A stretch of DNA of 64,000 nt from Verrucomicrobiota bacterium (GTDB lineage Bacteria; Verrucomicrobiota; Kiritimatiellia; Kiritimatiellales; Pontiellaceae): assembly GCA_024279685.1 (NCBI GenBank), contig JAJRRI010000035.1, forward strand, positions 3,081 through 67,080, written 5' to 3'. Shown one piece after another: positions 37,767 through 46,420 of this stretch. Every line of letters starts with the position of its first letter. Within the stretch, counting starts at the first letter, position 1. Both the position numbers and the translations under genes were made by a program. The notes beneath the pieces are model-generated. The model had not been told where the DNA came from and searched no databases. It saw only the letters and a list, made by a program, of their open reading frames with translations.

Positions 37767-37859
37767 GTCTTATCTCCAATGAATGTTTGGATAATATAGG
37801 CCTTGACTATTTTCTTGTACAATATATTTTCACATTAAATATATCTATGGAGAAGTTTA

Positions 37860-39211
37860 ATGCGCATTGATACCCTTCTTACAACACAGAGTCTGCTGCC
37901 GGATCTTGAGCGATTTTGGACGGTTTCCGGCCAGAAAATTAACGACTTGAATCAAAACTATAACCCCGCTAAAGGCTCACCCGTTTTCACGGTTGAAGGG
38001 GAATACACGACTCGAGGTTGGACCGAATGGACGCAAGGTTTTCAGTATGGTGGGGAAATTCTGCAGTTCGATGCGACCGACGATGCCTCCTTTCTCGAAA
38101 TGGGCAAAAAAACACCGTCGAAAAGATGGCTCCGCACGTTAGTCACTTCGGGGTGCACGACCATGGATTTAACAATGTCAGCACCTACGGGAATCTACTG
38201 CGCCTGATGAATGAAGGGCGTATGCCTGAAAATGAATGGGAACGCAATTTTTACGAAATGGCGCTAAAGACTTCGGGATCCGTGCAGGCCCGTCGCTGGA
38301 CCAGCCTTCCTTCCGGAGGTTATATCTACTCCTTTAACGGGCCGCACTCCTTGTTTGCCGACACGATTCGCTCATTGCGCGCACTCGCCGTGGCTCATCA
38401 ATTGGGTCATTCCTTCATGGGTGAATGGGATGTAGAAACCTCTCTGCTGGCTCGATTGGTCCAACACGCCAAAACCCCCGCTGATTACGCGGTCTACTAC
38501 GGCGAGGGGCGCGATCACTATGATCTATGGGGTCGCACCGCACACGAAAGTATTTTTAATCTAAACGACGGAAACTATCGCTGTCCCAATTCACAGCAAG
38601 GCTTCTCGCCCTTCACCACGTGGACGCGCGGTCTCGCATGGATCATGCTCGGTGCTCCGGAGCAGCTTGAGTTCTTAAAGACCCTTGATGACGCCGAACT
38701 TGAACCGCTTGGCGGACGCGAATCCATCGAAGCCTTCCTGCTTAAAATGGCGAAATCCACCTGCGATTTTTACATCGAAAATACGGCCACCGATGGGATT
38801 CCCTATTGGGACACCGGCGCACTCAACACTCATCAACTCGGGGATAAGGTCTACGACCGTGAATCTGAACCGTTCAATTCTGCTGAACCCGTCGATTCTT
38901 CGGCTGCCGCCATCGGAGCGCAAGGGTTACTCCGCCTGGGTCATTATCTAAACGATGAGAAGTATATTCAAGCGGGGTTAACCGTCATGAAAACGTTGCT
39001 GAGCGATACATATCTCAGTCTCAACGAATCGCACCAAGGATTAATCCTCCACTCGGTTTATCACCGCCCCAACGGATGGGATCATATTCCGGAAGGTCAG
39101 TCCGTGCCGTGCGGCGAATCCAGCATGTGGGGCGACTACCATGCTCGCGAGGCCGCGCTCTATGTCCAGCGCCTTGCGAAAAATGAGCCATACCTAAAAT
39201 TTTATCTGTAA
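37860..39211 (+). pseudogene. GH88-like unsaturated glucuronyl hydrolase split by a one-base frameshift at A7 (38106-38112)
   Basis: The first frame gives WTEWTQGFQYG. The second gives HDHGFNN, FADT, WTRGLAW, DSSAAAIG and WGDYH. Adding one A joins them (EMGKKNTVEKMAPH) into a 450-aa ORF. This may be a sequencing error or a real frameshift. Confidence 0.8.
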
Positions 39212-39228
39212 CCCAAAAGGAAAGCATC

Positions 39229-39693
39229 ATGATCATTGGAGACCTCAATCAAATTAAAGGCCGCACCTATCCCGCCCAGCGACTCACCCAAAATCTCGTG
39301 GGAGGTGCCTCGCCCGTCCAGTGCGATAATTTTGCTATGGGTTTCGTGACGCTCGAACCCAACGGCGGTCAGGTTCCATGGCACAACCAGGAGCAAGAAG
39401 AAGTCTACTTCGTCGTCTCCGGGAAAACCGAAATGTGTCTCGGCGAAGAACGTTGCGAAATGAAAGCGGGCCAAATTGTTCATATTCCAACCGGCATCTT
39501 TCATCAAATGACCAATATCGGCACCGAACCCGCCACCTTTATCTATTGCTACGGCCCCGCAGGTGACGTTGCTCACTGGAGGCAGGAGTTGGCCGGAACC
39601 CTACCGAAGGAAGGGATCGATGTTCCCGCCTTGCCTGAAGGTGCACAGCCCCAATGTACCGAAATGCCCGAGGGCGGGCCCATTATAATATAG
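39229..39693 (+). CDS. Cupin-domain protein
   Basis: Cupin motifs PWHNQEQEEVYFVVSG and GQIVHIPTGIFHQMTN. Confidence 0.88.
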   Translation: MIIGDLNQIKGRTYPAQRLTQNLVGGASPVQCDNFAMGFVTLEPNGGQVPWHNQEQEEVYFVVSGKTEMCLGEERCEMKAGQIVHIPTGIFHQMTNIGTEPATFIYCYGPAGDVAHWRQELAGTLPKEGIDVPALPEGAQPQCTEMPEGGPIII

Positions 39694-39758
39694 GCATTGG
39701 GCCAGCGAGCTTGAGCCACTGATCACTTAAAATTTAAAAATTGAATCGGAGATTCATC

Positions 39759-40934
39759 ATGGAAATAAAACGGATTGGAATCATTATGAACGGCGTGACG
39801 GGGCGCATGGGAACCAACCAGCACCTCGCACGATCCATCAGCGAAATCATCAAGCAAGGGGGAATCAAGGTAGGTAACGACTTAGTCATCATGCCTGATC
39901 CAATCCTAACGGGTCGGCGCGAGCATGCCCTTAAGGAGCTCGCGGAAAAATATGGGAACGACGCCCGTGGCGAGGCCTATAAATACACCACTGACGTGCA
40001 GGGCGCACTGGACGGGAAATATGGCGAATACGAAATATTTTTCGACGCCTCGGGTACGCTCCAACGCGCGGGATTCATCGAGCAAGCTGTGAAAGCCGGC
40101 AAAGCGATCTACTGCGAAAAACCAACGGCGGTTAAAACGAAGGAAGCCGTTCGTCTGGCCAAACTCGTTGATGATGCGGGTCTGAAAAATGGAGTGGTGC
40201 AAGACAAGTTGTGGCTCCCCGGATTTCGCAAAATAAAGATGCTCAAGGAGCAGGGTTTCTTCGGGAAAATCCTTTCCGTCAAAGGCGATTTTGGCTATTG
40301 GGTTTTCACCGGCATGGATTACGATCAGCCCGCGCAACGCCCAAGCTGGAACTATCGTTCCGAAGACGGTGGCGGCATGATGATTGACATGTTTTGTCAC
40401 TGGCGCTACGTGATCGACAACGTGTTCGGCCCCATCAAAAGTCTTGTGGCCTGTGGGGCAATCGATTTGCCCGAACGGCGAGCCGAAGACGGCACTCCAT
40501 TCGACTGCACGGCCGACGATTCGGCCTATGCCATGTTCCTCCTCGAAGATGGAACTATGGTTCAGTTCAATTCTTCATGGTGTACCCGCGTACGGCGCGA
40601 CGATCTGCTGACGATACACGTCGATGGGGTAAAGGGTTCAGCCGTTGCTGGCCTACGTGAAGTCAAAACTCAGAGCGCGGCCAATACGCCAAAACCGACT
40701 TGGAATCCTGACATCAAGCAACCCATCGATTTTCTGGGTGGCTGGCAGGATGTACCCAATAATATTGAATACGAGAACGCCTTCAAAATCCAATGGGAAA
40801 TGTTCATCAAGCACGTCGTGCTCGATGAAGCATGGAACTACTCGTTGATGGAAGGGGCCAAAGGCGTTCAGCTTGCCGAGCTGGGTATGGAGAGCTGGAA
40901 AGAACGCAAGTGGGTTGATGTCCCGAGCTTATAG
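39759..40934 (+). CDS. Gfo/Idh/MocA family oxidoreductase
   Basis: IGIIMNGVTGRMG, IYCEKP, VVQDKLWLPG, GGGMMIDMFCHW. Confidence 0.9.
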   Translation: MEIKRIGIIMNGVTGRMGTNQHLARSISEIIKQGGIKVGNDLVIMPDPILTGRREHALKELAEKYGNDARGEAYKYTTDVQGALDGKYGEYEIFFDASGTLQRAGFIEQAVKAGKAIYCEKPTAVKTKEAVRLAKLVDDAGLKNGVVQDKLWLPGFRKIKMLKEQGFFGKILSVKGDFGYWVFTGMDYDQPAQRPSWNYRSEDGGGMMIDMFCHWRYVIDNVFGPIKSLVACGAIDLPERRAEDGTPFDCTADDSAYAMFLLEDGTMVQFNSSWCTRVRRDDLLTIHVDGVKGSAVAGLREVKTQSAANTPKPTWNPDIKQPIDFLGGWQDVPNNIEYENAFKIQWEMFIKHVVLDEAWNYSLMEGAKGVQLAELGMESWKERKWVDVPSL

Positions 40935-41014
40935 GATGGATTATCTATAGATTACGCAGGGGTTCACTCTTTTTTCTTTCATCGGTGTCCCCTGCGAAAT
41001 TGGAAGCGGACAGG

Positions 41015-41647
41015 CTACTCGGCCTCTTCCGCCTTGGCGAGCGCCGCAACAACTTGGGCCGTGATGACACTCCATTGCTGGTCGGCGATCTGTTGTTGAG
41101 TGGCGAGCCACGAGCCGCCGATAGAACTGACGGCCGGCAGCGAAAGATAGTCGTTCATATTTCCAAGTCCCACTCCGCCCGTTGGGCAGAATTTTATTCC
41201 AAGCGAGGCATACGGAGCGGTTAGATTCTTGAGCATTCCCACTCCTCCCGCGGCACCGGCTGGGAAAAACTTGAGCAACTTACAGTCCAGCGCAAGCCCC
41301 TGTTCAATTTCCGAGGGCGTCATGACGCCGGGAATGAAGAGCGTTTCCGCCGCTTGGAAAAATTTAACGGTATCGGGGTTGAGCCCCGGAGCAAGGCCAA
41401 AGTCGACCCCGGTATCCACGCACATTTGAGCTTGGTCGCGGGTGACCACCGTGCCGCCTCCTAAAAGCATTTCGGGAAAGGTTTTCTTGATCCGCGCAAG
41501 TGCTTCGGCAGCGGCGGCGGTGCGGCAGGTTATTTCAATCACATCCATCCCGCCTTTCAGTAGGGCTTCAGCCAGCGGCTCAGCATCGTTGGCGTTGTCG
41601 ATCACAATGACCGGGATCACCGGGCGCTTTAAAATTTTATGTAGCAT
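41015..41647 (-). CDS. eda: KDPG/KHG aldolase
   Basis: VIPVIVI, IEITCRT, GGGTV, PGVMTPSE, LKFFPA, FCPTGGV, IGGSW. Confidence 0.95.
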   Translation of the reverse strand: MLHKILKRPVIPVIVIDNANDAEPLAEALLKGGMDVIEITCRTAAAAEALARIKKTFPEMLLGGGTVVTRDQAQMCVDTGVDFGLAPGLNPDTVKFFQAAETLFIPGVMTPSEIEQGLALDCKLLKFFPAGAAGGVGMLKNLTAPYASLGIKFCPTGGVGLGNMNDYLSLPAVSSIGGSWLATQQQIADQQWSVITAQVVAALAKAEEAE

Positions 41648-41661
41648 ATTTTCTTTTCCTT

Positions 41662-42762
41662 TTAGCGGTCTACGCGCGCGCCGGAACCGGCGACGACTTT
41701 TTTAACTTCTGCGAGCGAGACCATGGTGGTATCGCCCGGCGTGGTCATGGCCAGCGCACCGTGTGCCGCGCCGTATTCGATGGCTAATTGTGGGTCGTTC
41801 AATTCCATGAGGCCGTAGATAAATCCGGAGGCAAAGCTGTCCCCGCCGCCGACGCGATCCATGATTTCAAGCTCAGGGCGATGCGTTGCGGTATAGAATT
41901 CTCCGTCGATCCAGCACATGGCCCCCCAGTCGTTGGAGGTGGCCGTTCTAACCCCGCGCATCGTGGTGGCTGTGGCCTTAAAATTGGGAAACTCGGCGAC
42001 GGCTTGGGCGATCATCCGTTGAAATGAGCCGACATCGAGATCCGTCAGATTTTCATCCGAGCCTTCGATTTCGAAACCAAGACAGGCGGTGAAGTCTTCT
42101 TCATTTCCCATCATTACGTCGACGTATTTTGCGATCTCGCGGTTTATTTCTTGGCATTTTTCAAGACCGCCGAATCCTTTCCAAAGCGATGGGCGGTAGT
42201 TGAGGTCGTACGAAATTAGAGTTCCATGTTTTTTAGCCGCTTGAGCGGCCTCGATCACGACTGCGCTGGTGCTTTCAGAAAGCGCCGCAAAGATCCCGCC
42301 GGTATGGAACCACCGTACGCCGAGCGTGCCGAAGATTTCTTCCCAGTCGATGTCGCCCGGTTTTAACTGCGAGGCCGCTGTGTTTCCCCGGTCGGAGCAG
42401 CCCACCGCTCCGCGAATACCAAAACCGCGTTCGGTAAAATTCATCCCGTTGCGAACGATTCGGCCAATGCCGTCGTAGTCCATCCATTTGACCAGCGAAG
42501 TATCCACTCCGCCCTGTAAAATAAAATCCTCCATGAGCAGGCCGATCTCATTTTTTGCAAAAGCAGTAGCCACTGCCGCACGCTGTCCGAAACAACGACG
42601 TAGACCCCGGGCTACGTTATATTCGCCTCCGCCCTCCCAAGCACGGAATTCGCGTGCGGTACGGATTCGACCTTCGCCCGGATCAAGACGAAGCATGACC
42701 TCGCCCAAAGATAAAATATCATAACGGCAGTCCGCCGCCGATTTAACATTCAAAACACTCAT
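41662..42762 (-). CDS. kdgK: PfkB-family sugar kinase, 2-keto-3-deoxygluconate kinase type
   Basis: SLGEVMLRL, GGGEYNVA, SYDLNYRPSLW, DRVGGGDSFASG. Adjacent to eda. Confidence 0.88.
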   Translation of the reverse strand: MSVLNVKSAADCRYDILSLGEVMLRLDPGEGRIRTAREFRAWEGGGEYNVARGLRRCFGQRAAVATAFAKNEIGLLMEDFILQGGVDTSLVKWMDYDGIGRIVRNGMNFTERGFGIRGAVGCSDRGNTAASQLKPGDIDWEEIFGTLGVRWFHTGGIFAALSESTSAVVIEAAQAAKKHGTLISYDLNYRPSLWKGFGGLEKCQEINREIAKYVDVMMGNEEDFTACLGFEIEGSDENLTDLDVGSFQRMIAQAVAEFPNFKATATTMRGVRTATSNDWGAMCWIDGEFYTATHRPELEIMDRVGGGDSFASGFIYGLMELNDPQLAIEYGAAHGALAMTTPGDTTMVSLAEVKKVVAGSGARVDR

Positions 42763-42774
42763 TCAAATCTCCTC

Positions 42775-43227
42775 TTATTCAACCGATAATAGATAAAAAA
42801 TCAGACTTAATAAATAGCCCGTTAGGCCAATCATCAGCAAAACCATGGCTACCCGATAAAATGTGGTGCGTAAATTTCTCTGGCGCAGGTGTAAAATAAG
42901 CGTCTGCTCTATGTCCGCCGCTCGCCACGCCGTCATCCAACGAAGGCGCAATGGACCTGCCACCAGCGCCATCACTGAAAACAGCACGAAAATAAGACCG
43001 AAACCAATTAAAAAACGGCTGTAGACATTCGACTGCGCCATGCGCGGGCCAGAAAATCCGGTAATCGTGAGGCAGATGGTGGCCAATCCCAATAGCATTT
43101 GGGCGCGGGTCTGCAAGAGGGAGAAGCCTTCTTTCAGGACGTTGAACAGTTTAGCATAGTCGTCTGTTCCATGGATTTCTTTTAAGAAGTCCAGTTCTTC
43201 TTCAGGGGTTAGCTTTTTAAGACTCAT
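42775..43227 (-). CDS. Hypothetical three-TM membrane protein
   Basis: ATG 43227 with GGAGA RBS, three hydrophobic segments, apparently co-transcribed with kdgK-eda. Confidence 0.7.
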   Translation of the reverse strand: MSLKKLTPEEELDFLKEIHGTDDYAKLFNVLKEGFSLLQTRAQMLLGLATICLTITGFSGPRMAQSNVYSRFLIGFGLIFVLFSVMALVAGPLRLRWMTAWRAADIEQTLILHLRQRNLRTTFYRVAMVLLMIGLTGYLLSLIFYLLSVE

Positions 43228-43307
43228 ATCCGTTTCTCCAACAAACTCCGAGTAGATGCCTTTAATCGTTTTCTCAATCGAGGTAGAGAGTATCAAATCG
43301 AAATCAC

Positions 43308-43345
43308 TACACACTTTTTAAAGACGCTTTGCCAGTGCTATCGCC
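43308..43345 (-). promoter_or_regulatory. Copy 1 of a duplicated 38-bp upstream motif
   Basis: 30/38 ungapped identity to 45281-45318. Confidence 0.6.
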
Positions 43346-43385
43346 TTTGTAAATCACCCTAATTTTTAAGGTAATTGATCTGAAT

Positions 43386-43404
43386 CGGATGAATGATTCA
43401 TCCG
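43386..43404. terminator. Palindrome right after the symporter stop (terminator or operator)
   Basis: CGGATGAAT-G-ATTCATCCG. Confidence 0.4.
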
Positions 43405-43405
43405 G

Positions 43406-45121
43406 TCAGTCTGCATTTCGATTCATTTTACGACCTAAAGAAAAGAGAACCGATCCGACCAATAGGATGAGGGTCGCCACGGAGGCAATGTAGCCTCGGG
43501 CGGAGGCGGGATTGGGGAGCAGTAGAAAGAGCGCAACAAATCCACCCAGGAAAAGAGCCAATATGCCGATCAGCGTCAACTGTTGCGCATCGTTAGCCTC
43601 GCCCACCTCTTCTTCGAAGTTGACGGGGGTGTGTATCCGAGTGAAAAATTCGGCTAATTTTTCGCGGGAGGCTACCGAGGTTTTGTTCCAGAAGAGGCGG
43701 GTGGAGATGAAGGCAAGGAATCCGATCACGCTATTGACGAGGGCTTGCCGGAACGAGGGAAGTTCTATGGCCGTTCCTACGACTGAACCCACCATGCCCG
43801 CACCGAAGCAGACCCATCCAGACCACATCGGCGTCTTGCGGATAAAGTAACCAAAGAACAGGGGCATGAATAACGGGGTAATCAGAAGAGCGGAGAAACG
43901 GAAGATGAGTTCAAAGATTCCCTGTCCCTCGGCGGTGGAGGCGAAATAGAGGGCGCAAGAGACCAGACCGATGGCGAGTAGGGAGGTGAATACGCGGCCA
44001 AGCCGGAGCAGGAAACGATGGTCGGTGCGCGGGGTGCGGCCACAGAGCCGAGCTAACGCGGGATAGGCGTTTTTTACGAAAAGAGCGGCATTGGCATTAA
44101 GCGAAGTGTCCATGGTACTCATCTGGGCGGAAAACATGGCCACCACCATGAGGGGAACAAAGCCAAAGGGAAGAAGTTTCGTGGCCATGAAGGCATAGGA
44201 AATATCGCCCGGGTTTGGCACATCCATCTGAGCAAGCTCGTCGGCATACATCAAACGAGCCACCATCGGCTGAATAAAATAGACGACCAGACCGAGTAAT
44301 CCCGCCACCGTGCAGAGTAGGGCGGCCTTCCGCGCTTCGCGCCCATCTTTGCAGGAGAAAAAACGCTGGCCGCCCTGCATACCTAAAATGCCGTAGACCT
44401 GCATGATGCCTACCCCTATGAGCCACTCAATTCCGTAGAGTCCATCGGATCGGCCCGTGGTCACCATCCGAAAGTCATTCTCCAGGCCCGCGCTGCGGAT
44501 CGCCTCCAAAAACCCGGAAATACCGCCGATATGCTTTAGGCAGAGTACGGCCATAAGCGTGGCCATCGAAAAGAGGACTAGGCTTTGAAGGAAGTCGGCA
44601 GCTAACACCGCCCAGTTCCCGCCGGTTAGGGTGTAGAAAAGAACGATCATCCCCAGCGCAAGAATGGTCAATTTGATCGGGAATCCAAAGACACTATGTG
44701 TGAACAGCGCAAGCATGAAGAGCCCGATCCCGCCGAAGATCACCAGGCAGATAATGTTGTAATAGGTGAAACACTGCTGAAACGACACGCCGAAGCGGTC
44801 CCGTACAATTTCGGCAAAGGTCGTTACTCGCGCCTGCCGGTACCAAGCGGCGACCCCTAACACGAGGACAATTCCACAGAGGGAATTGACGATGTAGATC
44901 CACCAGATGCTGAACCCTGACCGGTACGCAACCCCGGCGTTGGCAATGAAGGTCTGCGTGCTAATACTGCTCATCAGAAGGCTCATGCCTACCATCCACC
45001 AGGACGAGCGCGAGCCTGCGCGGAAAAAATCATCTTCGTCGCGGTTCAGCCGTTTGAAGACCATCCCAATTGACGCAAGGAAAACAAAGTAGAACCCAAT
45101 TACGATATAGTTAAGAAGCAT
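43406..45121 (-). CDS. Sodium:solute symporter (SSS) family sugar transporter
   Basis: FFRAG, WWMVGMSL, YTLTGGNWAVLAADFLQ, AQMSTMDTSLN, multiple TM helices. Confidence 0.92.
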   Translation of the reverse strand: MLLNYIVIGFYFVFLASIGMVFKRLNRDEDDFFRAGSRSSWWMVGMSLLMSSISTQTFIANAGVAYRSGFSIWWIYIVNSLCGIVLVLGVAAWYRQARVTTFAEIVRDRFGVSFQQCFTYYNIICLVIFGGIGLFMLALFTHSVFGFPIKLTILALGMIVLFYTLTGGNWAVLAADFLQSLVLFSMATLMAVLCLKHIGGISGFLEAIRSAGLENDFRMVTTGRSDGLYGIEWLIGVGIMQVYGILGMQGGQRFFSCKDGREARKAALLCTVAGLLGLVVYFIQPMVARLMYADELAQMDVPNPGDISYAFMATKLLPFGFVPLMVVAMFSAQMSTMDTSLNANAALFVKNAYPALARLCGRTPRTDHRFLLRLGRVFTSLLAIGLVSCALYFASTAEGQGIFELIFRFSALLITPLFMPLFFGYFIRKTPMWSGWVCFGAGMVGSVVGTAIELPSFRQALVNSVIGFLAFISTRLFWNKTSVASREKLAEFFTRIHTPVNFEEEVGEANDAQQLTLIGILALFLGGFVALFLLLPNPASARGYIASVATLILLVGSVLFSLGRKMNRNAD

Positions 45122-45280
45122 TTTTTATGGGTTCCCTTTGAGTGATCTCTCCGGCCTATGATGGACAAGCGGGAGTTCTTGTTAGGCCTAGCCTCGAGCG
45201 CATAGTCTCCGCGTTGGTTCATGGGCGAAATTTGTCATTTTCAGAATAACGTCTGTGAGTAGGAATTAAACTGAAATAAA

Positions 45281-45318
45281 TACACACTTTTTAAATCACT
45301 TTTGCCAGATCCATCGCC
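45281..45318 (-). promoter_or_regulatory. Copy 2 of the duplicated 38-bp upstream motif
   Basis: TACACACTTTTTAAA..TTTGCCAG..ATCGCC shared with 43308-43345. Confidence 0.6.
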
Positions 45319-45402
45319 CTCGAATCCTCCCTCTTGGAAGAGGGTCTAATTCCCCGAATTTTTAAATTGAAGTCTGCGCGCGAGAGTTCTATTTTTGGCG
45401 AT

Positions 45403-45414
45403 ATGAAACGTTTA
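45403..45414. promoter_or_regulatory. Candidate LacI-type operator ATGAAACGTTTA
   Basis: Identical 12-mer at 50566-50577 and related sites at 28106 and 52094, all intergenic. Confidence 0.45.
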
Positions 45415-45534
45415 ACTTCGTCCTATCACTAAGACGCCAAACCTGTCCAACGGCACGTCATAACGGAGGAAATGAACCTTCTATTTAACCCACTTAGAAG
45501 GCTCATTCATCTACTTAATAAATCATGGAGAATT

Positions 45535-46380
45535 ATGACAGAACAACCTAAATTTAAATGGGGTATTTCCACGCTGGGGTGTCATGAATTCACTCTGGAA
45601 GAAACCTGCAAGCTGGCCGAGCGCTACGATATCCACACGTTTGAAATCCGTTCGCTTGAAGATCGACAGGATTTGGCGAAATATTTCGATGAAACCTATC
45701 CAGATCCCGGAAAAATAATAGAACTTCTCGGGCGGTATAAACAATCCATTGTGGCTCTCAATAGCTCCTTCAAGCTGATCGGAACGCAGGAAGAAGACCG
45801 CGAGGAGCTCTTGGAATTTGCCCGTTGGGCCGAACGATTAAACGTACCCTTCATTCGTACATTCGGCGGCGGAAGTATGGATCGGCCTTTTCGTCAGGCT
45901 GAAATAAATGAGGCGGCGGAAAACCTCCGCTGGTGGCATCAAATTCGTCAAGAAAATGGATGGCAGACCCGATTGGCTCTTGAAACCCATGATGGGTTCA
46001 GTAGCGGGGCGCGTTGCCTCGAACTTCAGGCCTGCTGTGAAACTCCGTTGGATCTAATTTGGGACACTCACCACAGCTGGAAGATAGGAGGAGAAACTCC
46101 GCAAGAAACTTGGAATCATATTGCACCACTTGTCCGGCATGTGCACATTAAAGACAGCGTTTCAGTTCCGGGAATCCATCTTCCCTATACCTATGTTGTT
46201 CCCGGTACGGGAGAGTTCCCTGCGAAGGAAACGCTCTCTCTTTTAAGAGAAAATAACTACACGGGTGTCGTCAGTTTGGAATGGGAACGCAAATGGCACC
46301 CTGATTTAGTGCCGCTGGCCGAAGCTCTGGAGGCTCTCGTTTCCAGCGGCTGGAAATCGGATGCCTTCGCTATCGCATAA
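45535..46380 (+). CDS. Sugar phosphate isomerase/epimerase (xylose isomerase-like TIM barrel)
   Basis: ISTLGC, metal-binding LETHD, WDTHH, HVHIKD, SLEWERKWHP. Confidence 0.88.
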   Translation: MTEQPKFKWGISTLGCHEFTLEETCKLAERYDIHTFEIRSLEDRQDLAKYFDETYPDPGKIIELLGRYKQSIVALNSSFKLIGTQEEDREELLEFARWAERLNVPFIRTFGGGSMDRPFRQAEINEAAENLRWWHQIRQENGWQTRLALETHDGFSSGARCLELQACCETPLDLIWDTHHSWKIGGETPQETWNHIAPLVRHVHIKDSVSVPGIHLPYTYVVPGTGEFPAKETLSLLRENNYTGVVSLEWERKWHPDLVPLAEALEALVSSGWKSDAFAIA

Positions 46381-46420
46381 GGATGACCCAACCCGTTTAG
46401 TATTAAAAAGGAAGTATCCT

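Noticed and set aside
37822-37844. ATATATTT-N7-AAATATAT inverted repeat as an XRE operator
   Set aside because: Pure A/T in an AT-rich gap, so likely to arise by chance. Not supportable without footprinting.
43308-43345. TGGCA in the duplicated motif as a sigma54 promoter
   Set aside because: Neither copy has TTGC/GC at the -12 position.
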